Assembly (NCBI GenBank): GCA_030265395.1
Contig: JARFYF010000050.1
Span: 20,315,594 to 20,379,593, forward strand
Reading direction: 5' to 3'
DNA: 64,000 nucleotides
Origin: Rhina ancylostomus
Lineage: Eukaryota
Below are positions 1-11,428 of the stretch, piece after piece. Position numbers and translations under genes: made by a program. The stretch's first letter is position 1, and every line of letters starts with the position of its first letter. Below the pieces are notes generated by a model. That model did no database searches. It had not been told where the DNA came from and worked only from the letters and a program-made list of their open reading frames with translations.

Positions 1-9
1 CGGAGGGAT

Positions 10-105
10 GATCCTGTTGTAAGGTCTCTACCTGAAACATCGACCCTCCCTGTACCTTCACAGATGCTGCTTGACCTGCTGAGTTCTTCCAACTCCATTG
101 AACTC
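10..105 (+). mobile_element. Penelope-like element 3' tail (degenerate hammerhead motif)
   Basis: ctgttgt-aaggt-ctct-acct-gaaacatcgac followed by acagatgctgcttgacctgctgagttcttcc; the same tail follows GIY-YIG coding sequence at 43045-43625. Confidence 0.7.
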
Positions 106-2547
106 CATTAGGTTTCTTCTTACAAGTGAGTTCAAGTCTTTGTTACTCTTCTCTCAACTTTACCCAGTGCAACATCATGACTTGGAAGGTGGAGAAGGTA
201 ATTTTGCACAAATTGCCTGATATAAAACAGACAATAAATTTAACAAAAAGCTTAAAAAAATTCTTGAGAATGACAACTAATCCTATCCCATCAATTTTGC
301 TCCAAGAGAGTTAGATTAAAGATAAATCCAAAATGCCAAAACTGTATGCAATATTCTGATTGGGCTTTACCTATAATCTATATTTGCAGCTTAACATTGA
401 TTGCCCTTATTTTGTCAATGTTCAATTATAGTACTCAAATTTTTTCCTTTGATCTTTTCTATTACTCATTGCATACACTCTTGATACTCCCCACTCAAAT
501 ATGCATTATTTCACAAATCTTTTTCTCTCTCTTTCACTTTCACTATTTTCTCATCTTTCCACACGTTGTTCATCTCTTTTGTATTTGTCATCTGGTGAGA
601 TATATTGAAGTCTACTTGTACAAGCAGTACTTCTAAAACAAATAAAACAAGCCAGCTCTTTAGCAGCCATACCAAAATGAGTGATATTTCAGCCTCATTT
701 CCCTTCCAATGTACAACTTTTGATTTTATATTTGGGAGGCAATAAAAGAGTTAAACCGATTCCTCCCAATAACTCCAAATCAATGCAATTTAGGCCATTT
801 CAAACTTTGCTTTGATCCGTTATCTTTGCAGCTAATGTACTGGGATCAACAAGGATTTTCTTAAACCTCTCAATTCAACCTCCATTATTTGCAACGAATA
901 CAGCAAATTTGTTCCAAAAATAAAGAAACGGCACATGTCAGGCCAAATCAATTGCAAACTGTCTGGGTCTGAATGAATAATGCTTTTGCTACCCAATACT
1001 TTCTATGACATTTTTGATGGAGAAGGTATAAAGCAAGTCATAAAATATTAACTTACTGAAACAACTCTGTACCATACACAAAAGAAACACTAGTTTTTTA
1101 ATATTCTCCTTAATTTCCACCTGTCTGTATATTCTCAAATTAATTGCTTTCCCAGAAGATTCTGTTTCCATAGTAAATTATGCTCAAGTGCACAGCTTCT
1201 CATATCATTTAAGAAAGTAAGACCTCAGAAAGCAGCTATATTCCTTCCTTATTACAGAAATCACCTCCAACACGGAGCTTATTTTACCAGAGATATAACA
1301 TTATTGGACTTTTGATTAATTAAAAAGCTTTATTTTCCAGTTCAGGATCTTCAAGTGCAATTTAAATGAGAAAACTGCTGGTTTCTATAATCAAACCATA
1401 TGCCATACAGCCTGAATTTTGTGCCTAACAGAGATAAGTAAGCCTAGATTTAATAATTTACCCTGATTATAATAAATTGCAAATTACACAGGATTCCCAC
1501 CAAGTCTTAAGTCAATCAAATATTAAAATCATTACAAGCTAAACAACTAATCAAATTTATTTGAAGTTGAATACATAAGTCAGTACAGGTTACATAACAG
1601 TATAGTACATGGCAATATCAAATTAACAGACATTTGTTCTCCTGATTGCTTTTACAGTTTTTGAATAAAACACAAGGGAAACACTCCATCATGTTCTGCT
1701 CATTTTCTCCAACTTCATAAGAGGACTATGAAAACCCTATGAACAAAAACTGACTCCACCGTTTCTCCCATGGATTTAAGACTTTCAAGTGGAACCATTA
1801 GTAACACCCCTTCCCCCCCCAATCTCAAATACCCATTTCTTTCCAATGAGGCACATGCACTCTATCCTTTAGTCTGAGCACAACACCCAGAAAGCAAAAC
1901 CTTATTGAAGGCACAGATCCTGAGAAAAGTCAATGTGGATGAAGTGGTCAATGAATTCTTGCTGTGGTCATGGTCTTCTGTACAGTGTCCTATTCTCCTC
2001 CATCTTCTCTCAGTTGTTACTAAACTATTGTCTCCTTTTTGCTCACGATCATTCCCCGGCTCTGGAGACAATCACAAACAGAAGCCTATCCACACCCAGA
2101 GACTGCAGCCAAACTGTTTGAAGGAGTCAAAAATCAGTGCAGCACAGAGGAAAATCTTTGTCTGCACAAAGAATTTCATGGCCTTAATCTCTTGAAAAAA
2201 TTGGAGCTAAACCGTATCTGGCTCAAGATCTTTTAATGTCATTCATTGTTTTTATGGATCTGCATCAAGTGGCAGAGCTCCCACTGTAATCTGAAAGTTT
2301 CTCTTNNNNNNNNNNNNNNNNNNNNNNNNNNNNNNNNNNNNNNNNNNNNNNAGGTCCTGTTAAAACAATGTTGCACGTGTAACTTTTATCAGCTGCCCTT
2401 CTATAAATTGTAAGTACTAAAAATCTGGAGCTCATTCTGAGCTGTTCAACAAACTATTGCAATCAGAATAAAAGAATCTTTTAAAAATATGGCAGATGGA
2501 TTAGAAATTATACAAATTACAAAACATTAGAGAGAAATGAAACTGTC

Positions 2548-2905
2548 TACATTGACATTGAGGGGACAAAATTGGAAGTCAATATCTCATATCCTGCTTG
2601 GGTATGAATATTGACCTCCAATTTCAGGTAACCCACAGCCCTAGTGCTCTCCCTCCACATACAATAACCTGGCCACCTGGTTTTCTTCTCTTTTTGTTTA
2701 TCTCTCCCATTCCCTCCCTCCACCTGGTTCCATCTGCCCACCGTCCCCTCCCCATCTAGTTCCATCCATCACCTACCAGCCTTGACCCCAACCCACTATG
2801 TACTGCTATGTATTGGCAATCCCTCCTGTTCCATCCCATTTCTGATGCAGGGTCTTGACCCAAAACATCGACTTACATCTTTTGCCAGCTTGAACTACCA
2901 AGTCC
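2548..2905 (+). mobile_element. Penelope-like element 3' fragment
   Basis: Decayed GIY-YIG C-terminus (KLE..LI..LG..MNI..SNFR*), pyrimidine-rich 3' UTR, ctgatgc-agggtcttgaccc-aaaacatcgac at 2842-2872. Confidence 0.7.
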
Positions 2906-3189
2906 TTTCACTGTTCTCTTTTTGTTCCCTTGCCACTCTTGCTCACCTAATCCTCCTCAAATTGCAGACTTTTCCCAGTATTGTTATTTAGTGATTGCCA
3001 GTTTCTCTTCTCTCTCTCTGTCTCTAATGAGCATGACCAATAGCTGGTTATTACACTGAGTTTTATGATATTGTATATTCTGACCCTTTCAACTGGGAGC
3101 AGAGGTATATTACGATCAATCCTGCTTTTCTTATCATTAGACACAACATGACATTATTTGATAGCAATCAAGAGGAGCAATGTTGGTGT

Positions 3190-3445
3190 CAGATGGAGCT
3201 CAGATGGTGACATCTTGCTGCAGGGACAGACGTTTGGGTGTTCAGTTCCTACTCCAGACATCTGAACAAAGACTAGGCTGAAATTCCAGAGCATTAAGAA
3301 GTTGCTGTCTCTTGGGTTAGACTTTAAACCAAGACCCCACTTGCTCTGTCAAGTGAATGTTACAGCTTTATTTACGATATTTTGAGCAACAACAGTTCTC
3401 CCTAATATCTTGTCTAATATTTGTCTTGGGCAACAACACTAAGAT
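3190..3445 (+). mobile_element. SacSINE1/DeuSINE-like SINE fragment
   Basis: B-box-like gttcagttcc, then actccagac..ctaggctga..ttaaaccaagacccc..agttctccc; same order as copies at 39465 and 53755. Confidence 0.6.
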
Positions 3446-3464
3446 ATACCTCTTCAGCCTATAA

Positions 3465-3700
3465 CTGTTCCCTGTATTCCTGGCATCTAGATTAATGCTG
3501 ATTTTAATTGCTCCACCATTAGTGGCTGTGCCTTCAGCTGCCTGAGCCCCGAGCTCTGGCATTCCCTCCCTAAACTTCTCCTCTAAGAATCTCCTGAAGA
3601 CTCTTACATTAAGCCAACCACATGATTGCCTGCACCAACGTGTCTGTTGTCAAACTTCGATGATGCTCCTTAGAAGCTTCATGAGCTGTTAAAAGCACTG
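3465..3700 (+). mobile_element. L2-clade LINE 3' end
   Basis: gctccaccattagtggctgtgccttcagctgcctgagccccgagctctggcattccctccct encodes S-G-C-A-F-S-C-L-S-P-E-L-W-H-S-L-P, matching the L2 ORF2 end G.RAFS..P.LWNSLP. Confidence 0.65.
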
Positions 3701-3751
3701 TCTGACAGAAAGTTGGGGAGCGGTACAAAGAGAAAAGAATATGATAGTGTA

Positions 3752-3933
3752 TGATTGGAAGCGGATGTGATGGTGGTATTTAAGAGGCTGTTAGATAGAC
3801 ACATGGATCTGTGGGGAATGGAGGGGTATGGATTATGTACAGGCAGAAGAAGTTTAGTTTAATTCAGCATTGTGTTCAGCCAGACATGGTGGTCTGAAGG
3901 GCCTGTTCTTGTGCTGTACTGTTCTATGTTCTA
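3752..3933 (+). mobile_element. CR1 (HER1-type) LINE 3' end
   Basis: tttaagaggctgttagatagacacatg...gaagggcctgttcttgtgctgtactgttctatgttcta; same tail as the 10535-11428 copy. Confidence 0.8.
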
Positions 3934-3984
3934 CACCATTTTTACATTATACTTATCAGAGTTTGTTTTGGATAATTTTAGCTT

Positions 3985-4060
3985 CTACAACAGTTCATCG
4001 GTTGTAAAGGCTTTAGGACACCCCAAGGACACTAAAGGCATTACATAAAGAAATTCTCTT
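3985..4060 (+). mobile_element. SINE 3' tail (Deu/L2-type)
   Basis: ttcatcggttgtaaaggctttaggacacccc..aaaggcattacataaa resembles the tails at 47380-47430 and 54075-54140. Confidence 0.45.
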
Positions 4061-5225
4061 ATTTTCATACCTTCCTTAATCAGAGATGTGGTCAATCACA
4101 GTGTCTGATTTGATGGCATTGCTGAGATCAGTTACCTTGACAATGGGCCGTGGACTGCATCTTTGGTCTGTATGTGTCAGCTCCTCACTGGACCAGCCAG
4201 TTTTGTCTGTTGGGGGTGCGTTTAAAGCTGGCTTTAAACAACAATGTATTCACAAATTCACATGGATAGTACAGTTTCCAGCAGCTGCTAGTTAATCAAG
4301 AGTCTTTCTAGTTTTTAAATAAACCTTCAACTTCCATTTACCTTTGTGCAAAATAGAAATGACAAATCAGCTGCAATACCACAACAAATGGAAGTTAAAT
4401 CTTATTCTTTTAAGGAATCACTGCAAAAAAAAAGGCACTCATTTACATGTGATATGCAGTTTTCTTAGACATCACTTCATCAGATAGGGTGTATGACCAA
4501 GATCGATAGATCTAATTGCTTTAACGGCATTCATATCAAAAGTATTAGGTTAAATAGCACTTTTTTTTTTACTGACTGCCCATGAACACACACTATATCA
4601 GCATCAATCCAGTGCAAAATATGCATATTGAATAGCCAATATATTTACAATAGATGCAGCCTAATACTCTCCATGTATCAAATATCTGTAGATAAATTGC
4701 TTCGTTGTACATGTTATTGTTTGCAACCCTGCTCAATGTGAAAGAAAAATGTTGACTGTCTTTTTGATAATAATAAATGCAGCAAACCTACAGTCCTTTA
4801 TTCACAACTTGTGCTAACAAAAGCAATTGAATACCTGGAATATTTATTAAACGTCACTCTTATTCACAACCATTTAACCTTGCATTCATATTTTCCTACC
4901 TTGTTTGTGACATCAAGTAGTGTATATTAATCTTTAGACAGATAATGGTAAACAACTTAAATAGCTTCACCGAATAACCTGCAGCAGATATGCAGATGTA
5001 GTGCACAAATTCATTTTAATTTAATTTTCAAAAACTCAACACATTTCTCATTGAGATTCAATCTAACTGTTACTGTGCTGTTTGAGAATCTGCATCAGCA
5101 ACTTTGGGGTAAGAGAACCATAGTGTTTAATATTCTGTTCAAGATTCAGTGACATTTAACTTTTTGGGTAAATTTTTATACTTTATAGACATTCTTCCAC
5201 TCACATATTTTGAGATCATACAACA

Positions 5226-5298
5226 TGAAATGTTAACTCTGATTATCTGTCCACAAATGGTGCCTGACCTACTGAAGAGTTCTTGTATTTTCTGATTC
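5226..5298 (+). mobile_element. Penelope-like tail fragment
   Basis: tgaaatgttaactctg...ccacaaatggtgcctgacctactga. Confidence 0.55.
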
Positions 5299-5739
5299 CG
5301 CATGGCCTCCTTCAGCTTAAGGTTTGGATGGCCTGACCTTTAGCCTAGACAGGCAGAACTATAATTTTAACCTTGTCACTCACCTTTTGAAGGAAATCGA
5401 GACACATGACTAATTTAAACAATTCACAGACCAGCTGNNNNNNNNNNNNNNNNNNNNNNNNNNNNTCTTTAGCTGTAATTAATTTACTTTCATCATTCTA
5501 CCTCTTTCTGCAAATATTGATCAAATTCCATTTGGGGAAAAAAAAGATTACAAGCTTTGCCCACTTTAGAAAAAGGATTCTCTGCATTGTTACATTTAAA
5601 AAATAGATTCTTCAAACTCCTTTTCCTTACATTAATTGCTTTGAACCTACACATTCTCAAGGGGTTTGACAATTAGTGGAAACTATCTCACCACTTCTCT
5701 ACATTTGTAATTGATTTCTCCTTAACCGATGTAACAGTA

Positions 5740-5965
5740 ATAAAAAATCCAGTTTTTTAACTATACCCTGCAGTTTCTGGTATCGATCAATACCTTCACA
5801 GAACTCAGTTATGGCTCTAGTATCCTACCTTATATTAGAACTTCCCCAGAAACCATCCAGCATTCTAACTGGGGCTTGAATATTGCTTTGTACAAATTCA
5901 ATACAAGTCTTTTTTTGCTTTTATGTTTAACATATCTTTGCATAAAATCTAAAACCCCATTTCTC
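5740..5965 (-). mobile_element. Degenerate CR1 ORF2 fragment
   Basis: Reverse strand resembles LGF...K...L.LY...I.P.LE.C...WG of the CR1 ORF2 C-terminal region. Confidence 0.45.
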
Positions 5966-6019
5966 CTTTTAGTGGATGTTGTGACATTCATTGTCTGTCC
6001 CTAAATGCTTTCTCAGTTC

Positions 6020-6298
6020 TGAGCCATTTAAGGCTCAACCGGTGGGCTAAAGTCACATATAGACCAGATCAGTCCAGAATGGCAGTTATCCTTCCCTGAA
6101 AATAATCAAGGAATCAGATATTGTAAAAAAATATATACACTACAAACTCACAGTTTCGTAATGTCCATTACTAATTTTATTTCAATTTTCTTCCATTGAA
6201 TTTAAATTCCCAGCTGCAATGGTTGGATTCAAACTCATGTGTTCCTCATCAACAGTCCAGGTCTCTGAATACTAGTCCAGTATCTTAACTGCTGTGTG
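6020..6298 (-). mobile_element. tRNA-headed SINE
   Basis: Minus-strand head with B-box-like gagtttgaatcc followed by gaatttaaattcaat; body contains ccttccctgaa; related copies at 48185, 54790, 59465. Confidence 0.6.
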
Positions 6299-6337
6299 TT
6301 ACATTCATTCTCACTTCAGCAATTATACTGCAATTGT

Positions 6338-6425
6338 ACAGGGCTTAGTGAGGCCAGATCTGGAGTATTGTGTGCAGTTTTTGTCTCCTTGCCCAAGAAA
6401 AACGTTTGCCAGAGAGGGAGATCAA
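6338..6425 (+). mobile_element. CR1 ORF2 fragment
   Basis: ttagtgaggccagatctggagtattgtgtgcagttt = LVRPDLEYCVQF (CR1 LVRPHLEYCVQFWSP). Confidence 0.75.
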
Positions 6426-7389
6426 AGGTGAGTTATTTTAATTATATGTTTTTTAATTATTTCTTGGTATTTCTAATGAAAGAAAACAGAATTTTAAAAA
6501 GTGATTGATTCAAATCCGTTATTATTAATTGCCGCCTAATATCAGACTTCTAAATATTGCTCCCAAGTTTGACAGAAGGATACACGCTAACCCTCCATCA
6601 CCTTACCTCCTGTCAAAGCATTCCCAGAAGGGGTCCTCTGCATGACACCACACAAGGCCTAGTTGCCTCATCACACTCTTGGCCCTCTGTCAGTACCAGG
6701 TGAGTGCAGGTAAGCCAAGACAGTGGCCAACCACTTCAGATGGTGGATTGGGTTCAGCAAGATTCCACCAATGGTCTTATTGAAGTATTTTTCATTGTGC
6801 TATACTCTTCCCAATGCATAATACTGTTTTTGCAAGATTTGGCACAAACAATTGGAAGAAGTAAAACTACTCTTTAAAATGTCACTCCAATTAGTTTGGT
6901 AACAGGATATCTTTTAAGAAAAGAGAACATTTAAGAAAATTGTCTCTTGATTGATTACACACCAAGAAAATTATTGTACTTTGCATATCCCTATCCCCTT
7001 CACATCTTGTTGGACTTTTAAAATTATACCAATGAATCTCTTCTTCTCCTTAAAGTATTCCATTGATTTTTACAGAACATGATTTGATACCTATTGATCA
7101 CTATCTAAAAGCCCGGAAAGGAAATTCACAAGCTCCCAATAATTAAAAGCAGGTAAAACCATTCACTATAATTAAACACTTTCTTTGAAGACAGCTTGTC
7201 TGTAACCAAAAACAAATTATCCTTGCATTTTGAAATACTGGAATGATTAACCTAAAATTATAATCTATTCATATTCAATCTAAAATCACCCACTTGTCTA
7301 TACGATTAAAATGTAATTATCATTTAACATGGCTTTGTCATATATTCCACCCTCCCAACCCCCCCCCCCCCCCAAAGTGTCCTATAATG

Positions 7390-8400
7390 TGATCTCACCA
7401 ACGAGGCCCAACAGGTTGTACACTGAAAGAATCTTTGCAATAATTGAGCTATTTAGCTGCAGAAGTGATTGTTTCATCCACAGATGAGCTAATTTATGGG
7501 CCAATATTCCTCTCTTCATAAACTTTAGTGGAAAAGCACATGAATAAAAAGAACAAAATACCAAGAGTATAAATCCCAAGAGAACTTGTCTGTGTTCACT
7601 GATGCCCTTCTGTGATGAAAAGTGAACTTCAGTTCAAAGAACTGAGGCCATCACTTGCCATAATTTCTGTGTCTCATGGACATACCAGGAGCCCCGTCTC
7701 AGACAGGATGTGAGAGGTTGTGACATTATAGAGACAGGAATGGGACAGAATAAGCCACTCCTTTTGCTTCATTATCAAATAGAGCAAATCTTTAATTTCT
7801 GCACAAAAAAAGAATGCAAAGTTGCATTGGGTTTTACATTTTATTCAGTTGTTTAGCACTGGTGCCAGACAAGCCAAATGCTGTTTGCTGCCACATTTGC
7901 TCTTGGAACTTTTCCATATTTCTTGAAGAAATGTCCTGCTACTAAGTTCACTTCTGGATGAGCAAGTAGCACCAATGGAGCTCGTCAACTGACAAATTCT
8001 AGGTAACCCAATCGGTGAATGACCATGGAAAGTGTCAATGGTTCTATTATAATAATCACTGTTTATTTTGCAGAGGTAGCTTCTTTGTCGGAGGATCTGC
8101 TGCTATCTGTGTGGAATGGTTTCTTCTCACTGTTTCATGACCTGTATTAAGTATGGATCATTAAATAGGTTTTAGAATCTCTGTCCTGCTTCTGAGCTGA
8201 ATCTTGCCAGCAGCCATTGAATTTGGACACAGAAGTCCTCGTGACGGCAGTATGAACATTCATGTAAAATGTTTCTATTAGTTCTGTGATTTACACAAAT
8301 TGATTTTTACTGCACATCACGAATTTTGCCTTTTCAAAGTGAGGCAATAGACCAAACGCATGGGACTGGGTCTCCCACTTAAAAGCCAACTGTTCCACTC
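7390..8400 (-). mobile_element. Highly decayed hAT (ZBED-like) transposase
   Basis: Collinear motifs across frameshifts: BED-like VW..EKAK..MCSK..NVH; LSMV...GYLEFVS; SRSELSSRTFLQEIWKSSKSK (cf. PSRK.FS...IPEIYEKVKSK); EERNIGP*I (cf. EEWNI..KI); NLLGLV (cf. HLLNLVV). Confidence 0.5.
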
Positions 8401-10534
8401 CTGGAACGACTGGCTTTTACACACACGGGTGGATGTAGTGACAGAAAGACATGGCTGTGACTTAGATAATCCTACACTACCCAAGACAATCTGTGCTTTG
8501 TAAAACATCGCCTTTGCTGGAATCTCACTGATTATATCTCCAGATAAGTCGATTGGGTTACCTGGATTCCACCCTTTCTTTCTACTCAGCAACTATTATT
8601 ACAACCTTCACTGACCATCACTTACTTTTGCACCACCACCATCCTCAACTTCCTCCTCCCATTTATGCATGGAGATCCGCTTCTGGTAGGAGTGGTGCTG
8701 GTTGATTTGAAGTGTAAGGATGATCTATTGAACTGTCCTTGCTCTGTGAAGAGAACAGATGTGACATTGAATACACAGACACAGTATCAACTTAAATGTT
8801 AGATTGTTGATGCATGCTAGTACTTCCTGACATTTTTTTTGTCTCTCCAGATTAAGTTCTCCTTTACAGCAATTAGTCCCTCATGTGGAGTTTAAATCAG
8901 AGGGTGCGCCAACTCCTCTACTCTACAAGTGGTATTAGGTATCATTTTTTTTCCTTAAAATGCACAAAACAATGGATATCAAGACATAATGAATGAACTC
9001 AAGGACAATTTGAAAATTGCATTTTGTCTAATCCAGTCTTTATTTTTAATCCACTATTGGTATAGTATTTTTATTGAGCAGAAATCTTTAACTCCTTTCC
9101 GCCATGTCATGCTGTGCTAATTGACAATAATATCCATACCTTCTCTTCATATTCTTCTTCCTGTGACATCTTCCAGAATTCCAGCCGAGATTTCTGAATG
9201 GTTGACACAGTGCTCACTCAGTCAGAAATATCATCCTGCATGGCCCTCTGCTATATCTGAATGTGGTCTGGTCTCTTGGTTATAAAAACTGTCAGGAGTT
9301 GTCGGCCTGTCAGCGAATCAATATTTGCCTAAAAATTGCACACTTAGTCAAAATAATAAAGTTCAAGATCCACTTTGGCTTATTGTCTTATGAAACACTA
9401 AGCATGCAGATGCAACAGATTGCAAGTAAGTTCAAAAACAGAAGTGAAAATTATTGTTTTCTAGAATCATTTGTTTCATATCACATTCGAAGAGTGCTTT
9501 ATCCCAATTATACATTCCTCTCATTTTGCATTTGTTGATATTGAATTTTTATTTCTAGCTTCGGTAACAATCATCTCCTGCAACAATACTGTCTGAACAC
9601 AATTGTGTTCAGTCCCAGAACTGGTTGCATCCTTTGAAATTGGAAGCAGTGATAATAGGGATGACATCCACAGGAACAGAATTAGGATTTAGCTGACTGC
9701 TCCAAAGTTACCATAGATACATTCTTCCCTTCAGTGAAGTCTGATGCTCCCATAAGTAGTCTGAACCATTTTGATTTCATGGGTGTTGACTCATGTTGCC
9801 TTATCTCTACTAATATTAATCTGTAACTCCAGAGAATGTATCAATAATATTCCTTGATGTCAATCAGTGATCACATCATTCTGGAGAGCAACCACTTAGC
9901 AAGAAAAGGCAGTACAAAATGATAAGCAACTCTGTTGTACAATAAGAGGAATGCAAAAGAACAGCAGAAAAGACTATACTTGTTTCACATTAACAAAAGA
10001 AAAGCTGCCTCTCTTCCCTGTATTAAGAGGTCATACTACTTAAAACAGATGACTGCCCTCCAAGATTTAGATAATGAAAAGTTTACAATTCTTACAGTTT
10101 TCTTTTCCATACATTATGACTACCTTTCCAGCCTTTGTTGGACTGGCTTCCCATTTCAATTTTCCCAAGTTTTCTTTATCCATAACTGCATCGAGATCAA
10201 AATGAACAAGTTCTTCACATAATGGGTGTGAGATGTTCATTAATTATCAAGACAAGCTAATTTGTTTAGTCTTTGGGAATAGCACTTTCACAAACTCAGT
10301 TCTGTGAAACATAGTTAGGAAAAAGATATTTTACTTTAAAACTTAACAGTTTTTCCAATTCCCTTCTGCAAGAAATGATCAAGAAAATTCCAAAGCTGAT
10401 AATGACAAAACCAAATGATTATTTACCAATTTAAAAGCATTTTTCAGGCTGCATCAGAATGCTATAATTATGATTCTATTTGGCAATTCCTTATGGTCTT
10501 GCAATAGAAACCAAGAACACAACAATACAAAAGG

Positions 10535-11428
10535 TTGATACGAAGATTGGTGGTGTTGTGGATAGTGTAGAAGGTTGCTGTACATTATAACAGGATATTG
10601 ATAAGATGCAGAGCTGGGCTGAGAAGTGGCAGATGGAATTCAACCCAGAAAAGTGTGAAGTGATACACTTTGGGAGATCGAATTTGAAGGCAAAATACAA
10701 GTTTAATGGCAGGACTCTCAGTAGCGTGGAGGAACAGAGGGACCTTAGGGTCCATGTTCATAGATCCCTCAAGGTTGCCATGCAGATCGATAGGGTTGTT
10801 AAGAAGGCGTATGGTGCGCTAGCCTTCATTAGTCAGGGTAACTGAGTTCAAAAGCCATGAGGTTATGTTGCAGCTCTATGGAACTCTGGTTAGACCACAT
10901 TTTGGAGGATTGTGTTCAGTTCTGGTCACTTCATTATAGGATGTGGAAGCTTTAGAGAGGTTGCAGAGGAGATTTACCAGGATGCTGCCTGGATTGGAGA
11001 GCATATCTCATGAGGATAGGTTGAGTGAGCTAGGGCTTTTCTCTTTGGAGAGAAGGTGGATGAGAGTTGACTTGATAGAGGTGTACAAGATGATAAGAGG
11101 CATAGATCACGTGGACAGTCAGAGACTTTTTCCCAGGGCAACAATGGGTAACACAAGGGGACATAATTTTAAGGTGATTGGAGGAACATATAGAGGGGAT
11201 AAGTGTTTTTTTTACACAGAGAGTGGTGGGTGCATGGAATGCACTGCTGGCAGAGGTTGTGGGGGAAGATTAGAGACGTTTAAGAAAGAGACTCTTAGAT
11301 AGACACATGAATGATAGAGACATGGAGGGCCATGTGGGAAGGAAGGGTTAGATAGATCTTAGAGCAGGATGAAATGTCAGCACAACATTATTGGCCAAAG
11401 GGCCTGTACTGCGCTGTAATGTTCTATA
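10535..11428 (+). mobile_element. CR1 (HER1-type) LINE, 5'-truncated, RT C-terminal half plus 3' UTR
   Basis: DTKIGGVVDS..QDIDKMQSWAEKWQMEFNPEKCEVIHFGRSN..EQRDL.VHV..LERLQRRFTRMLPGL..LGLFSLE with stops and frameshifts; CR1 tail; imperfect TSD aatacaa(aa)gg at 10524-10534 and 11430-11438. Confidence 0.93.

Noticed and set aside
7612-7646. GTGATGA...CTGA box C/D pair
   Set aside because: Only about 35 nt apart and inside the hAT fossil.
7960-8050. IDTFHGH...CQ read as a KDZ/Zisupton transposase motif
   Set aside because: An overlapping frame fits a longer collinear hAT series better.
10606-11302. ORFs with RT-like protein sequence as host genes
   Set aside because: Broken pieces of a 5'-truncated CR1 ORF2.
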